Assembly: GCA_963514005.1 (NCBI GenBank)
Contig: OY740805.1
Span: 21,700,001-21,764,000, forward strand
DNA from: Raja brachyura
Lineage: Eukaryota
DNA length: 64,000 nt
Direction: 5' to 3'
Shown here: one piece after another, positions 1-13,122 of the stretch
Layout of the letters: each line of letters starts with the position of its first letter
How positions within the stretch are numbered: the first letter of the stretch is position 1
The notes under the pieces: model-generated
Told to the model about the DNA's origin: nothing
Database searches by the model: none
Seen by the model: the letters and a program-made list of their open reading frames with translations, nothing else
Program-made: the position numbers and the translations under genes

Positions 1-169
1 AATTATTTGCATTAGATTAGAAATGTACAAAGTACAAACAATCAAGGCGTTTTGACATAATCAAATAACCAAGCATTTTGTAACAACATTTATTGGTGCT
101 GAGTCTCAGAATAAATGCAATGTTAAAACAAAATATATTCTATCCAATAATGACTGTAGCTTATGGAAT

Positions 170-960
170 CTCCAACTAAAAACAGAAGACTGAAAACATT
201 CAATGGCTCAAGCAAAATAATTGGAACAAATTGTTGATATCACAAATAGGGTCAAGAACCTGCACCCGGCATGTGAGGGAAGAGGATGGCAGGGAGGAAT
301 AGGGCGAGGCTGGTGAATAAAATGTAGAACCAGGTGGGGAGAGGATAATGGGTAAATGGAAACAGGTAGGAGAGGAGGAATAAGAGGTGAACCGCAGGAG
401 AATAAACTTTTCAGGTGAGACAGAGGTTCACTTGCACCTCTTTCAAATTTCCCTACTGCATTCCCTGCTCACACCGTGGTCTTCTCTACATTGGAGAAAC
501 TAGCTTAGACGTCAACCATTTTGTAGAGCACCTACCCTTTGAAGTAAACAGAATCCTGAGACGTTGTATGGTATTTTAACCCCTTTTCCCACTCTCACAC
601 TGACCCATCTGTCGTTAACCTTAGGCACTGAAAGTTTCAAGTAAAATGTCTGATAATCCACCTGGGTACCTTACAAGCCGATGGTATGAATATAAAGGTT
701 TCACATTTCAGCTTATCCATACCACTGGTGTTCATTTGTTCTCCCACAACCACCCCTACACTAACTTTGCTCCATCTGCCCATCATCCCCTTCCCAGCTG
801 ATTCCACCTGCCACTTACCAGCCTCTGTCCCATTCCTCCTTCAACCTGTTAGAATCTGGCCATCCTCTCCTTCAAATCTAATGCAGTGCCTTGACTTGAA
901 ATGTTGGTATATGTCACTTGCCTCCACAGATGCTCTTTGACCAAGTGCTTCCACTGGCCT
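170..960. mobile_element. Old degenerate PLE (GIY-YIG end plus pLTR, +) with an inverted 5' segment
   Basis: CAGGTGAGACAGAGGTTCACTTGCACCTC at about 412 matches the QVRQRFTCT region of the intact PLE; the purine-rich block upstream mirrors the pyrimidine-rich 3' UTR. Confidence 0.6.
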
Positions 961-1129
961 TTCTTTAGTCTAAAATTCTTGTTGGAAATAACCACAAAGT
1001 CTTACTCTATCTATAATTGAAACCATTTAATTGGTGATCTGAGAGAGCTTTCTAAAATCATGAGGGTGATTGACCAGGATTTATTTTACCCAGGGTAGGG
1101 TATCAAGAACCAGCAAAAACAGGTGTAAG

Positions 1130-1734
1130 CAGTGTTCAATGTTAATTCTTTAGGTGTCAAAGCTATCAAACTGCGGCGTCATTTCAGATTTTGCTGGGGG
1201 GGCAAGATAGTCTCCCTAGAGGGTCAAACAAGATTATAGCCTATCACTACATCCCAGCGTATAGATAGTACATTCAAACATATAATACTTAATTTAATAA
1301 TGACAAAATATTGCACGATTGCACTCACTGATTATCACAAACTATAATTATGAAGCAAGTAAAGAGATATACGGTTGTCATGTATTTTTACAGAGGTGCC
1401 GGCAACACACCGACACACCCTGACTATCCCGCAGCTCTGGGCCTTCACACACACTCACCCTCACACCCACTCACCCACCCACCCGAGTTCCAGGCTCATC
1501 AACAGGCCCACAACCACAAACAATGCACACATCACATGGCCAGACTCTGCTGCATCCTAGTGCTCCCCCTCCAACAGGGAACCTCAGTAGTGATGGTGCT
1601 TCCCCTTACCTCTCTTTTAATAAGGATACCCCGATCACACATCCGCTAGTTAAAATTCCACGCTGTTTATTATTTTTTTTAAACTGAGTTGCCGGATCGG
1701 TGCTCCGGTCCGCTCCGGCAGCACTGCACCCCTG
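1130..1734. mobile_element. hAT-like non-autonomous element inserted in a CR1 fragment
   Basis: CAG...CTG ends with imperfect TIR, 8-bp TSD GGTGTAAG/GGTTTAAG; CR1 sequence resumes on both sides (about 1040-1129 and 1735-1980). Confidence 0.55.
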
Positions 1735-2632
1735 GGTTTAAGGTGAGGAGGAAGATTTAGTAGGAACCTGAGAGACAACTTTTTCTATTAAGAGGTTACT
1801 GGATGAAGCCAGAGAAGGTAAAATAACAACATTGAAAAGACACTTGGACAGGTACATGGATAGAACCTGTTCAGAGGAAAGTGGGCCAAATGCTGGCAGA
1901 TGTGACCTAAATATAGCATTTTGTTCAGCTTGGAGCATTAAGCAGAGGTACCTGCTTCCGTGCTATATGGCTCTATGACTCTTTGTTAGATGAACATAAG
2001 CATGGCAAATGGAGTTTAATAATGGAAAATATGTGCTCACGCACACTGGTAAGAGCAATTAAAAGGAAGCTATTATCTAAATGGAGTGAGATTGCAAATT
2101 AGTGGAGTACAAGAGATTCAAGTGCTTAAAGTGCAAAACAAAATGCCAGCAGGTAGGTGCAGCACACAACTCAGAAGGTGATTAGCATATTGGCATTCAA
2201 AGGTAGGTTACTATTGTAATTATGGTACATTATGTTGCTAAGGACATATCAGGAGCACTGTGCACAGCTTGGTCCTCAGATTTAAGAAAGGATATATTAA
2301 TATTGGATATCACCCTGAAGAGATTTCTGGAATATGCCTAACCATGAATGGCTGAAATCACTGGTTCTGTGTCCCTTGGAGATGACAAGAAACAGAGTGA
2401 ACCGTATGAATGTATTAAAGAGGCATGGTGGGGTGGTGAATTGGTGGATAATCCGTGGATATATTCTAAAAGAACAGGGAATTGTGTGGAATAAGCACAT
2501 TGAAGGAGTTGAAGCCTCAGTCATATCAGCTATTATCAACATAAATTGCTAGATAGCTCTAATTTGTACAAATTCACGGCAGTCTATTGAGAATTTCTGT
2601 CATGTTTGATGAACTTAATTTAACTCTTTCCA

Positions 2633-2730
2633 TTTATTTCAGTTCCTGTATTTTAATCACATCCATGAAATCTACTACTCAGCGATTGGTCAGCAGTGCA
2701 CGTTCTGGTTTGGTTGAATATTTTGATCAT
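2633..2730 (-). CDS. Candidate terminal (cytoplasmic tail/3' UTR) exon of the MHC class I-like gene
   Basis: Non-repeat island with acceptor tttccatcctcag|. Phase-1 reading DDQNIQPNQNVHC* (stop 2690), phase-0 reading stops at 2653, and a minus-strand AATAAA sits at 2633-2638. No homology support. Confidence 0.3.
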
Positions 2731-3779
2731 CTGAGGATGGAAATTAAATATTACACAACTAAGAAATGGCAGGGAACAGAACTCAGAAAATGCAACTTGT
2801 TTATTCGCTTTAACTGTTGATTCATCGCATGTAACATCTACCTTCCAGATATAATGGCACAGCGCCAGACACCCGGGTTTGATCCTGACAGCGTGATGTC
2901 TGTACGGAATTTGTACCTTATCCATGTGACTGCATAGGTTTTCTCCGGGTGCTCCAGTTTCCTCCCACATTCCAAAGACAGACGTGCAGGTTTGTATGTT
3001 AATTGACTTGTGTCCCAAGCTAATGTGGGTGATCGTTGGTTGGTGTGGACTCAGTGGGCCGAAGTGTCTGTTTCAATGCTCTCTCTCGGAACTAATCAAA
3101 AACTCAATACTCCTTCAAATACTTTCGTTCACACAAGTTCTGTGTTATCCAACTTTCGTTTCCACACTAGGGTCAAATTACAGAGACCAATTAACCCATA
3201 AACCCTGGCATCATTAGTATGTATGTGGAGACTGGAGTACAGTGGAAACCCATGCGGTCATAGGGAAAACATGCAACCTTCACACAGCCGACAACCGAGG
3301 TTAGGATTGAACTGATGTCTCTGACGCTCTGAGGCAGCAGCTCTATCAGCTGCGCCACTCTGCCTCAGGTTGCGTCATGTTCAGCACAAACGGTGTTGGA
3401 CAAAGGACCTGTTCCTCTATTAGAGGGGCATTCCCATGCATCGTAAAATTCAGCGAACTCAGCACCATTGGGTCACTGGAAGTATTCCCTGCCTGACCAT
3501 CAGATCCCATTGAAATGCCTCCAGATCAGACAGACAGACATCAGTTAGGCAGTACCTGCCTGCAAATGATTCATGTCCCTCCAACCCCTGCATCTCCATG
3601 CACACACGAAGGTACACCCCAGACGCCACCATCCCTGGCAGTGCTTTCCAGGCACACACCACATGGTGTGTAATAAAAACCTGCCCTTTAAAAAAAACTG
3701 CAGCTTGTACCCTGCACTGAATATAATGCAATAAGTTAAATGCCATAGTAGGCATTTAGTTAATTGGGATAATTTTAGT

Positions 3780-4440
3780 CAATTGGGAGGTGTGATTGCA
3801 AATCTTGTACAATATCATAAACCAAGTAAAATGTGACAAAGACAAAATGGACAGGCACAAAAATCAGAATAATCGTGAACATCAATAACATGTCATGGTA
3901 CTGAATAAAACAGTTGGGATGTTCTGCTACAGTTGTACAAGATGTTGGTGAGGCCACATATGGAGTATTGTGTTAAGTTGTTGTCACCACACTATCGGAA
4001 GGATGTCATTAACAGGGCCTGAGATTCAGGGAGACGATGGGCATGCTTGGGCTTTATTCTTTGGCACGCAAGAGGCTGAGGGGTGATCTTATGGAGGTTT
4101 ATAAAATCAAGGAGCATAGATAGATTTAATGCACAGAATGTTTTAACCAGCCTTGTGTAATCAAGAACCAGAGGACTTAGGTTTAAGGTGAGAAGGAAAC
4201 GAGTTACTTGGAACCAGAGGAAGTGGAAATATGGAACAACATTCCAGGGGAAGGAGTTAAGGCAGGTATTAAAAAAACATTTAGAACACACTTGGACAGG
4301 TACATACTGTAGATAGGAAAGGTTCAGTGAGATATGGGTCAAATGCAGGAAAAGCGGTCTAGTTTAAACATGGCATCTTGGTTGGCAAGGCCAAGTTGAG
4401 GCAAAGGACCTGTTTCCATGCCGAATGACGCTATGGCTCA
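3780..4440 (+). mobile_element. Degenerate CR1 3' end
   Basis: TTGGTGAGGCCACATATGGAGTATTGTG (LVRPH.EYC), AGGCTGAGGGGTGATCTTAT and 3' UTR. Confidence 0.8.
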
Positions 4441-6384
4441 GTGGGTTTGGAAAGCCAATTCCTTTCTGTTTCATTGCTAAATGTTAGTTAATCACCCTCA
4501 CGTATAGGGACCACAATGGGAAAGCCATGACCACGACTGGTTGACAGTGATAATAAGCTGACCATTGCCTCAATTCAAATGTGCATGTTGTTGATGTTCA
4601 ATGACTAAATTGTTGCTGCATTTTTAGTTGTGGCGAGAGGTACAGGTGAGAAATGGCTTGGTTCTGATCTGGGTGCTGGAACTGCTAGACATCTTGATAC
4701 CATGAAAGTAGAACCCCCGTTTCAGGAAATATACTTGCTGCTAGGTGTCTCAGACCAGCAATGCCAGGGAACATTGTATTTTGAAGAGGAAATATGAAAC
4801 AAACAAGGCCAAGTGCTTGAGAAAGCAGCACGTCTGTTATTTCAATGAAAACTCTGCTCTTCATCCACCTTGTCATTCTGATCACCCAGTTTTGTTTATA
4901 ATATTATATAACATTTGCAATCAATTCTTACAGTTTATGACATTTACAGCTGGCATGAAGATGCATCAGTCAATACCTTCTGTCTTCCAATTTAGTTTAT
5001 TTAATAGAAAGATAGAAACATTAAAAAATGGGTGCAGGAATAGACTATTCGGCCCTTCAAACCAGCACCGCCATTCAATAAAATCATGGCTAATCATCCA
5101 AAATCAGTACGCCGTTCCGGCTTTTTCCCCATATCCCTTGATTCCCTTAGCCCTAAAAGCTAAATATAACTATCTTGAAAACAGTGATGCAGTGTGTAAA
5201 CAGGCCCTTTGTGCCACCAAATCCATACTCACCAGCAATCACCTATTCATAATAGATTTCCCATCCACTCCCGACACTATCAGAGTGATTTACAGAAAAT
5301 GATTACATGCAAACCCCGCTCATCTTTGGGATATGGGAGGAAACCAGAGCTCCCTGAGGAAACCCACATCGTCACAAGGAGAACATGCAAACTCCACATA
5401 GACAGTACCCGAGGTCCAGATTGAACCTGGGTCTCTGGCGTGTGAGGCAGCAGTTCTACCAGCTGAACTACCATGCTGCCTTATGTACAAACTCTAAATC
5501 CTACATTGACTTTCCCTTCCACTTGTTATATTCAACACAATAACTCCTATACACAGGAGGAAAGTGAACTGCAATTCATCGCCAGAATATCTCTTACAAC
5601 AGTGTGATCACAGGCATGAAACTAGTGATATAGATGACTGAATTTACACTTAAACCCTGATCATCCAGCTCTCTTGGGATTTGGGAAATGGTAGATTTTA
5701 AGGACTGCTGCATGTTACTCCAAACATACTTTAATTCAACTAATTGTGGCACTTGTTGAGCAAGTCAGTGGTTGAGGTGCATCTACACACTACGGTCAGA
5801 CTTAACCGGAGGAATACCCAATGTAATTTGCCAGAAGATTCTCGAACCAGAATACCACCTATCCATGGTCTCCAGGGATGTTGCCTGACCTGCTGAGTTA
5901 CTCAGAGTTACTGCCCCTCGCAGTCTTTCCCAATCTTATATTCAAAAAATTGTCAGCATCTTTCTACACCATAAAGAGACATGGAAATACACCAACATGG
6001 CCTTTGTCCCATTGAGTTTGCACCAACCATTCATGTACACTAATCCTACATTTGTCCCACATTCTCATCAGCTCTCCACAAATTGTAGCATGCACAATCT
6101 AGGGGACAACTAACCAACCAAATCATGTTTTGGGGATGTGGGAGGAAACCAGAGCACCTGGGGAAACCCACATGGTCACAGGAACAACATGCAAAGTCTA
6201 CAGATATAACAGCCGATATCGGTATTTAATTCAGGTCCCTGACTCCGTGCTGCCCTGTTTCACATTGTAATCCACCTGTCATGTTGTTGCTCATTCAATC
6301 GGCTTTCCACCTTGAACCATTTTTCCCACCACTACTCACATTCCCGCTTAATGTTGAGTCTTCCTGTAACCGTGGCCACGGAGG

Positions 6385-6680
6385 CGGCCACTGTGCGCAG
6401 CGGTAGAGTTGCAGCATTACAGTCCTTGCAGCATCGGAGACCCAGGTTCAATCCTGACACAAATATGCTGTCTGTACAGAGTTTGTACGTTCCCCCCCGT
6501 GACCGCGTGGGTTTTTTCCGTCTTCTAAGGTTTCCTCCTATGCTCCAAAGACGTGCAGGTATGTAGGTTAATTGGCTTGGTGTGTGTGTGTAGGATAGTG
6601 TTAATGTGCGGGGATTGCTGGTCAGCGCAGACTCGGTGGGCCGAAGAGCCTGTTTCTCTAAATTAAACTAAACTAAACTA
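6385..6680 (+). mobile_element. tRNA-derived V-SINE (HE1-like), representative copy of about 25 in the window
   Basis: A-box GCGCAGCGGTAGAG, B-box GGTTCAATCC, V-domain GGTTTCCTCC, CR1-like tail with (AACTA)n. Other approximate copies: 2856-3090+, 3100-3365-, 5190-5478-, 5975-6255-, 6750-7060+, 13420-13690-, 15265-15515-, 15710-16005-, 30450-30630-, 35815-36333-, 37130-37360-, 45690-46210+, 46625-46885+, 47785-48295-. Confidence 0.9.
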
Positions 6681-7298
6681 GTAAATGTTAAACTGCAACC
6701 AATCTGCCTCGTAGCTGACTTGGATTATGAGCAGTGCGAGCCCCCAAAAGAGCAGCACAGTGCCACAACTCGTAGAGCTGCTGCCTCACAGCAACACAGA
6801 CCCGGGTTCAATTTTCACCTTGAGTGCCATCTATGTGGAGTTTGCACGTTCTCCGTGTAACCGCATTGGATCCCTCCAGGGGCTCCGGTTTCCTCACACA
6901 TCCTAAGATGTGTCAGTTTATAGTTTAATTGGCCACTGTAAATTACCCCTAGTGGGTGGGTGACTGGATGAGAAGGTGCAATGAGATAGAATTCATGAGA
7001 ACAGGTGGTTGGCATGGACTCAGTGGGCCAAAAGGACTGCTTGCATGCTGTACTTTTCAATTATATCTCTAGGATTTGGTGCAATTAATCCATAATGTCT
7101 ACCTTTTTATTTTACTCTGAATTCACAATTTTCAAATATCTGATTATCTGAAACATTTAACAACAGCACAAAGGCTAGTTGACATTGGTGACTCGAGGCA
7201 TTTCAGGTGTAGCTGCTGCCTTATTCTACTTGAGATCAATCATTTATTCAAGCCCAATACCTTTATTAGCAACAGTGCATCACACATTTCCATCTTAC

Positions 7299-7414
7299 CT
7301 CTCCTCTTTTTTCTCCACCAAACAATAAGCCAGCAATAGCCAAGACAATAGCCAGCAATATCAGCACACACACGGCAATAAGGCCTATGTGCCTGTCTTT
7401 CCTCCTATTTCCTT
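7299..7414 (-). CDS. MHC class I-like connecting peptide/transmembrane exon (apparent 1-nt deletion near its 3' end)
   Basis: tttcag| acceptor, EGNRRKDRHIGLIAVCVLILLAIVLAIAG hydrophobic stretch, |GTAAG donor; 116 nt long, with the basic stop-transfer WWRKKRR in the neighbouring frame. Confidence 0.85.
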
Positions 7415-8539
7415 CTGAAAAATAAGAATGCATAATTTTACAAATCAATTGTTAAGCTGTGCAGCTAAATAGATTGGCACTGTCTGAGGACTTCAGGATG
7501 AAGAAGGGTCTCGTCCCGAAATGCCACCTATTCCTTTTCTCCAGAGATACTGCCTGACCAGCTGAGTTATTCCAGCAATTTGTGTCCATATTCAGTGTAA
7601 ACCAGCATTTGCAGTTGATCCTTACACATGGACAGGGGACGTTTCGTTTTGGGACCTTTCTTCAAACTTTGTTTGAGAAATTGATTAGAAGTCTTTGAAA
7701 ATGCAACAGGAACCCGTAGACAATGTATATTCGAGCAGCAGTAGTTTGCAGGTGTGCACAGCCTAAAATTCTAAAACAATATGATGGAAAAGCAGAATAG
7801 GTAACAACATTGGAATGAGAAACAAAAGAAATACAATATATTGTAGAGATCCAAACGTGAACAAATCAATGTTTTTTAAAGAAATACAGTTTTTGCACAC
7901 ATGCGTGTTTTTTAAGAACGAGCAAAGTTCCTGCCGTTGCAATCAGGCACACCAGTTAACTGGCGATGAACTCATCACCAACTCCCACGAAAACCCTGTC
8001 ACGTGATAGACCCAGCTGCCCTGACGAGGGATCTAGCAATAAGTGGCCCGACCACCAGATGTCGCCAGAATATCTGGATTTTCATAAGATATCTGATCAA
8101 TTGATGCAAAGGCACATGGCTTATGACACTGGGGGTAATAATTAGCATGAATGGAAAAACAATTAAGAGCAAGCAGAGAGTTGTCTTAAAGGAGTGTTCA
8201 GGTTGGGAAACTGCATCTGCAAGTTGGGAATCAATGCAAGAAAGTGAACTACTTATCGTTGGCATTAAGAGCAGATGAAGGGACTGATGGTGCTGTAGCC
8301 TAGATTGCTGATGATACATAGATAGTTTGGAAATTAAGTTTTGGAGTGTGTCAACAGCCTTCAGAGTGAAACATCAGATTGCTTAGTTGTGCATTGTTCG
8401 AGGGAATCTTCAAAAGTGAGCATTTGTGTAGGTTAGTGCAGCATACATTGAATCAATCTGGTATGATCACTGTTTGTCAGGCAGTTATATTGTTCGTTGC
8501 AGAAGCTGTAACTTGCGTCACGGAACTTACTTCATTAGG

Positions 8540-9250
8540 TTTAGTTTTATTAATGCCAGATGTTTCAAGACACAGTGAAAAGGTGTTGTTTGTAATGCTA
8601 TCCAAACAAATTAGATAAGACTATGCATAAATACAAATACAAAATAATAGATAGAGCAAAGAGGAGGATACAGAGTACAGAATATAGTTCTCAGCATTGT
8701 AACGCATCCGTTCCATGGACAATGTTCAATGTGCAATGAGGTTGAGGTGAATCGGGCATTAAACCTACATTATGGAAGGACCCTTCCGAAGCCTGATAAC
8801 AGATGGAAAGGGGGTGTTCCCAAGCCTGGCAGTGCATATTTTCAACTTCCTGTACCAATTGTGTGATGGGAGCAGGAAGGAGGAATGACCAGGGTGGACC
8901 AAGGCAACTAGGTGTAGATTAACTCAATAGTGGTAAGTCTGGCTTGTGTGACGATCTTTAACTCTTTGTATATTCTTGCTGTCTTGGCCAGTGCAGTTGC
9001 CAAATGAAGATATGATGCAACCCAACAACATCCTTTCTCTAGCGGCTTCTATAGATGTTTGCTAGAGTCGCCAGAGACATGATGAATATTCTCAGTCTCC
9101 TGAGGAAGTAGAGGTGTCGGTGTGCCTCCTTGGCTATGTGGTCAGTCCATGACAGAATATTGGATATATTCATGCCAAGGAACATGAAGCTCTCAATCAT
9201 TTCCACTTCGGACCATTGATTTGGATTGGGGCATGTACTCCCCCAGTGCC
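8540..9250 (-). mobile_element. Degenerate non-LTR retrotransposon 3' end (Rex1/L2-like); related copies at about 39350-39745, 49040-49790 and 53260-53700
   Basis: Shared CTGAGGAAGTAGAGG (LYFLR on -), CTTCCGAAGCCTG (RLRK on -) and microsatellite-tail ends. Confidence 0.6.
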
Positions 9251-9562
9251 TTGCTGTTAATCACATCATGAGGAAAGATTCATTTTTTATTTAAACATAC
9301 ATTTCTGGGATTTCAGTTCCACCACTGAGAATCCCAAATACTCCTTCCTTGTATATTAGTTATTTATTTATTTTGATAAATTTTCTGTTGACAAAGTCTT
9401 CTGCTCAAGTGGAGAGTGGGTGCTGATTACGTGATTACTTAGAGCAACAGCAATGAACAAAGAAAGTTTACGCATCTTGGAATATGTGATGTAGTCATAA
9501 TGATTAAAATGGAAACAACAGAATATAATGATGATCTATGAAAGAATATTTAACGTTCTTAC

Positions 9563-9829
9563 CCCAGATGATGGTCTTCCCACCGGGCAGGCTGCTGTGA
9601 TCGACATGACAGGAATACTGTTTCCCATCATACGGATCATACTCAAGGACAGACTTTAGATGATATGTTCCATCGTTGTTGGGTATGACCCCAGAAGATT
9701 TGGTCTCAGAGACATGTTGACCATTCTGCAACCAGCTGACATTGATGGCCGGTGGATAAAATCCAAACACAGTGCAGTACAGGACTGAATGATCATCAGG
9801 GCGGGCAGCGAGAGTGACCTCAGGGGAAA
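9563..9829 (-). CDS. MHC class I-like alpha3 exon (Ig C1-set domain)
   Basis: 267 nt, ttgtag| acceptor and G|GTAAG donor, open frame SPEVT...LYCTVFGFYPPAINVSWLQNG...PNNDGTY...YSCHVDHSSL...W with canonical C1-set motifs. Confidence 0.96.
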
Positions 9830-9979
9830 CTACAAGGCAGTAAGTTGGTTATTTTCAACTTCAGTAATACTTGCACAGTCACCCACCACAAAATATTCTT
9901 CAGTTTACTACAACAACCAAGTTACTGTCCACATCTGCCCCATTTTACCTCTTTCGTCACCATCAACCAACCACGTGGT

Positions 9980-10465
9980 TTAAAAGAGGTGTACAAGAAT
10001 GATCTCAGGAATGAATGGGTTAACATATGATGAGCATTTGATGGCAGAGAACCTGTACTCGCTGGAATTTAGAAGAATAAGGGGGGACCTCATTGAATCA
10101 TATCAAACAGTGAAAGGGTTGGATAGAGTGGATGTGGAGAGAATGTCTCCACTGGTGGGAGAGTCTACGACTAGAGGTCATTGTCTCAATATTAAAGGAC
10201 ATTCCTTTAGGAAAGAGATGAGGTGGAATTTATTTTGTCAGAGGGTGGTGATTCTGTAGAATTATTTGCCACAGAAGGCTTTGGAATCCGTCAATGGATA
10301 TTTTTTAAGGCATAGATGGATTCTTGATTATTATGCATGTTAGGGGTTATGGGGAGAAGGCAGGAGAATGGAGTTAGGAGGGAGAGATAGATCAGCCATG
10401 ATTGAATGGCGGAGTAGACTTGATGGGCCGAATGTTCTAATGCTGCACCCATCACTTATGACCTT
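9980..10465 (+). mobile_element. CR1 LINE 3' end in the alpha2-alpha3 intron
   Basis: LYSLEFRRIRGDLIE...TRGH and CR1 3' UTR. Confidence 0.9.
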
Positions 10466-10782
10466 ATGCATCAGTTGGCTTCCTCCATGTGCTCCAGTTT
10501 TGTCCCATGTACCAAGGACGTGCCGGTAAGTTAGTTGGACATTGCAAATTATCTGAAGTGGAGCTGAATGAATGGAGAATCCGAGGGAGCTGAGTGCAAG
10601 TTGTGAGAGAGAGCTGTTGAGCAGTTCGTCGACATTGCATTGAAAACTAGCATAGACTAAATGGGCCGAATTACCTTTCCCTCTGTCATGATTGGGTCAG
10701 AGATAATATTACTCATTGCCTCAGAGTGAAATAATACTCATCGCCCACCATCAAAAAACAACATCCTTTGTTCTGAACTCAC

Positions 10783-11058
10783 CTTCCCTGGTCAGGTATG
10801 TCTTTCCAATTGCATAGTATGTATGCCATCGTTCCACACAGTCATTTTCTAACAAGCTCTTGAAATAATGGTTCATTTTTACATTCTTGTCCCATTTCTC
10901 TTTGAAGGGCTCAGCTACTGGATCATGCACTGTCCACTTTAGTGTGTTCTTATCAAAACTAAATGCATATCTTCCATCATAAGTCAACTTCAATATCCCT
11001 ACATTGGGACTGTGATCGTTCACCTCACAACCAAACTGTCCTTGAATATAGTGATAAT
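10783..11058 (-). CDS. MHC class I-like alpha2 exon
   Basis: 276 nt, tttcag| acceptor and G|GTGAG donor, open frame YHYIQGQFGCEV...TYDG...KEKWD...LENDCVERW..YY..GKTYLTRE with the C101/C164 pair, H93, Q96, YDG and K146/W147. Confidence 0.95.
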
Positions 11059-11194
11059 CTGAAAGAAAGACAAAATCATTATTTGATTAATTGTTATGAC
11101 ACCAGGGTCCAAGTCATTTATATATGTCACAAGTAGCAAGGGTCACAGCACAGACCCCTGTAGAACTCTACTTGTCACTGAACTACACCCTGAA

Positions 11195-11647
11195 TATTTG
11201 GCCTTCCGTGCAACTGTAGAGACCATATTACTGTACGGGTGTGAGGCATGGACTCTCACTCCAGCACTGTCCGTCTCTCGATGTTACCTACACCCGAATG
11301 CTCAGAATAGTTCAAAACCACATCACCAATGCCCAGCTCCATGGGGAGACTCCACTTCTGACCGAGAAGATCACGTTGAAAAGGATGAGGCTCGCAGGTC
11401 ACTGCCACCGCCACCCAGAAATGCCAGCAAACAAAGTTGTGCTGTGGGAACCCACCCATGTAAGACTCGACCGGGACGACCAATCAAGACGATGCTGAAG
11501 ATGTTTATGGAAGACCCATCTGCAGAGACAAAAGAGGAGCTTGCCAGCTGAATGGAGGACAGAGATGTGTGTTGCATCCGTCATCGTGCCCGTCAGAAAC
11601 CAGCATGGCACTAATGTTATCAACGATTAGTATTATTATTATTATCA
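11195..11647 (+). mobile_element. RTE/RTEX-clade LINE 3' end
   Basis: FRATVETILLYGCEAWTLT...YTRMLR...RLAGHCHRH...VLWEP across frameshifts; (ATT)n tail. Confidence 0.8.
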
Positions 11648-11767
11648 TCCACTACACCGCTCTATCCTGGGGATTTATCCACATTTCTCTTCAAGTGACC
11701 CAACATCTCCTTCTTACTTAACTTCAAAGTGCCCCTGCATGTTAACATTCTCCACATTGATTCTCCA

Positions 11768-12560
11768 TGTGTAAGAAAGAACTGCAGATGTTAAAATCGA
11801 AGGTAGACACTAAATGCTGGAGTAACTCAGCAGGTCAGGCAGCTTCTCTGGAGAGAAGGAATGGGCGTTATTTTGGGTCGAGACCCTTCTTCAGACTGAT
11901 GTCAGGGGAGGGACAAAGATAGAATGTAGGCGGTGACAGTAAGACTGGTGGGAGAATTGCAAAGGGGGAGGGGATGGAGAGATAAATGGAGGGCTATCGA
12001 AAGTTATAGAAGTCAATGTTCATAACGCTGAAGTGTAGACTGCCCAAGCGAAATACGAGGTGCTGTTCCTCCAATTTGTGCTGGGGCTCACTCTGACAAT
12101 CGAGGAGGCCCAGGACAGAAAGGTCAGATTGGGAATGGGAGGGGGAGTTGAAGTGCTGAGCCACTGGGAGATCAGGTAGGATAAGACGGACTGAGCGGAG
12201 GTGTTCAGCACAACGTTCGCCGAGCCTGCGCTTGGTCTCGCTGATGTAGAGAAGTTGACAACTGAAACAGCAGATACAGTAGATGAGGTTGGGGGAGGAG
12301 CAAGTGAACCTCTGCCTCACCTGGAAAGACTTTGGGTTCATGGATGTAGTCGAGGGGGGAGGTAAAGGAACGGGTGTTGCATTTCCTGCGGATGCAGGAG
12401 AAAGTATCGGGGGAGTGGGTCGTTCGGGTGCGAAGGGACGAGTTGACCAGGGAGTTTCGGAGGGAACGATCTCTGCGGAAAGCAGATAGTGGTGGAGATG
12501 GGAAGATGTGGCCAGTAGTCGGATCCTGTTGCAGGTGGCGAAAATGTTGGAGGATTACAT
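11768..12560 (-). mobile_element. PLE 3' fragment (GIY-YIG plus pLTR)
   Basis: ORF 11994-12341 homologous to the C-terminus of the 58452 element. Confidence 0.9.
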
Positions 12561-12799
12561 GCTGTACTTACTATTAAAAGTCCTTACTTTTCTCCATGTC
12601 TTTCTTGGTGAAACCAAATGCAAAGTATTTGTTTCGTACCTCGCCTCCGTCCACAAACACCAAGCACATATTCGCTGCTACATCTTTAAGCAATCCCACC
12701 TTCTCCCCCGTGTTTTGGTGCAATGGCTGCCTCGCCAAAACTCTGCCTGTCCCTTCCTTCTTTGTGTCGGTTTTGTATGTATTGAATGTATGTTCTTCA

Positions 12800-13122
12800 T
12801 GGGCCTGTCCCACTTGGTGATTTTTTAGGCAACTGCCGGCAACTGTCATAGTTGTAGCAGGTCAACGAAAAACCAGTAACAACCTACGTCATCCTGGCGA
12901 CAACCTACGACAGCACCTATGTCAGGAGAAGTTAAGCTCTGCTCAATGGAGTCAAACCCACTGTCGCTGTAAAATTTTCAACGTTCAAAATTTAGCGGTG
13001 AGCAGAAAGACACTACAACGTTTTCCGTGACTGAGACTACCCCCGGCGACCACCGGCGAGCATGTGGAAATAAACTAGTCACCTGCAGTTGCCTGAAAAA
13101 TCGCCTAAGTGGGACAGGCCCA
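12800..13122. mobile_element. Harbinger-type MITE
   Basis: TIR TGGGCCTGTCCCACTT / AAGTGGGACAGGCCCA, flanks TCA/TTA. Confidence 0.8.

Noticed and set aside
4745-5302. 185-aa ORF
   Set aside because: Chance read-through of unique DNA, a CR1 tail and a SINE; no domain.
6385-6460. tRNA-like A/B boxes as tRNA genes
   Set aside because: They are heads of V-SINEs and continue into SINE body and tail.
7168-7246. Possible cytoplasmic exon containing GSSYT, reminiscent of the class I tail motif
   Set aside because: Would need an intron of about 50 nt, and there is an in-frame TAA just before the motif.
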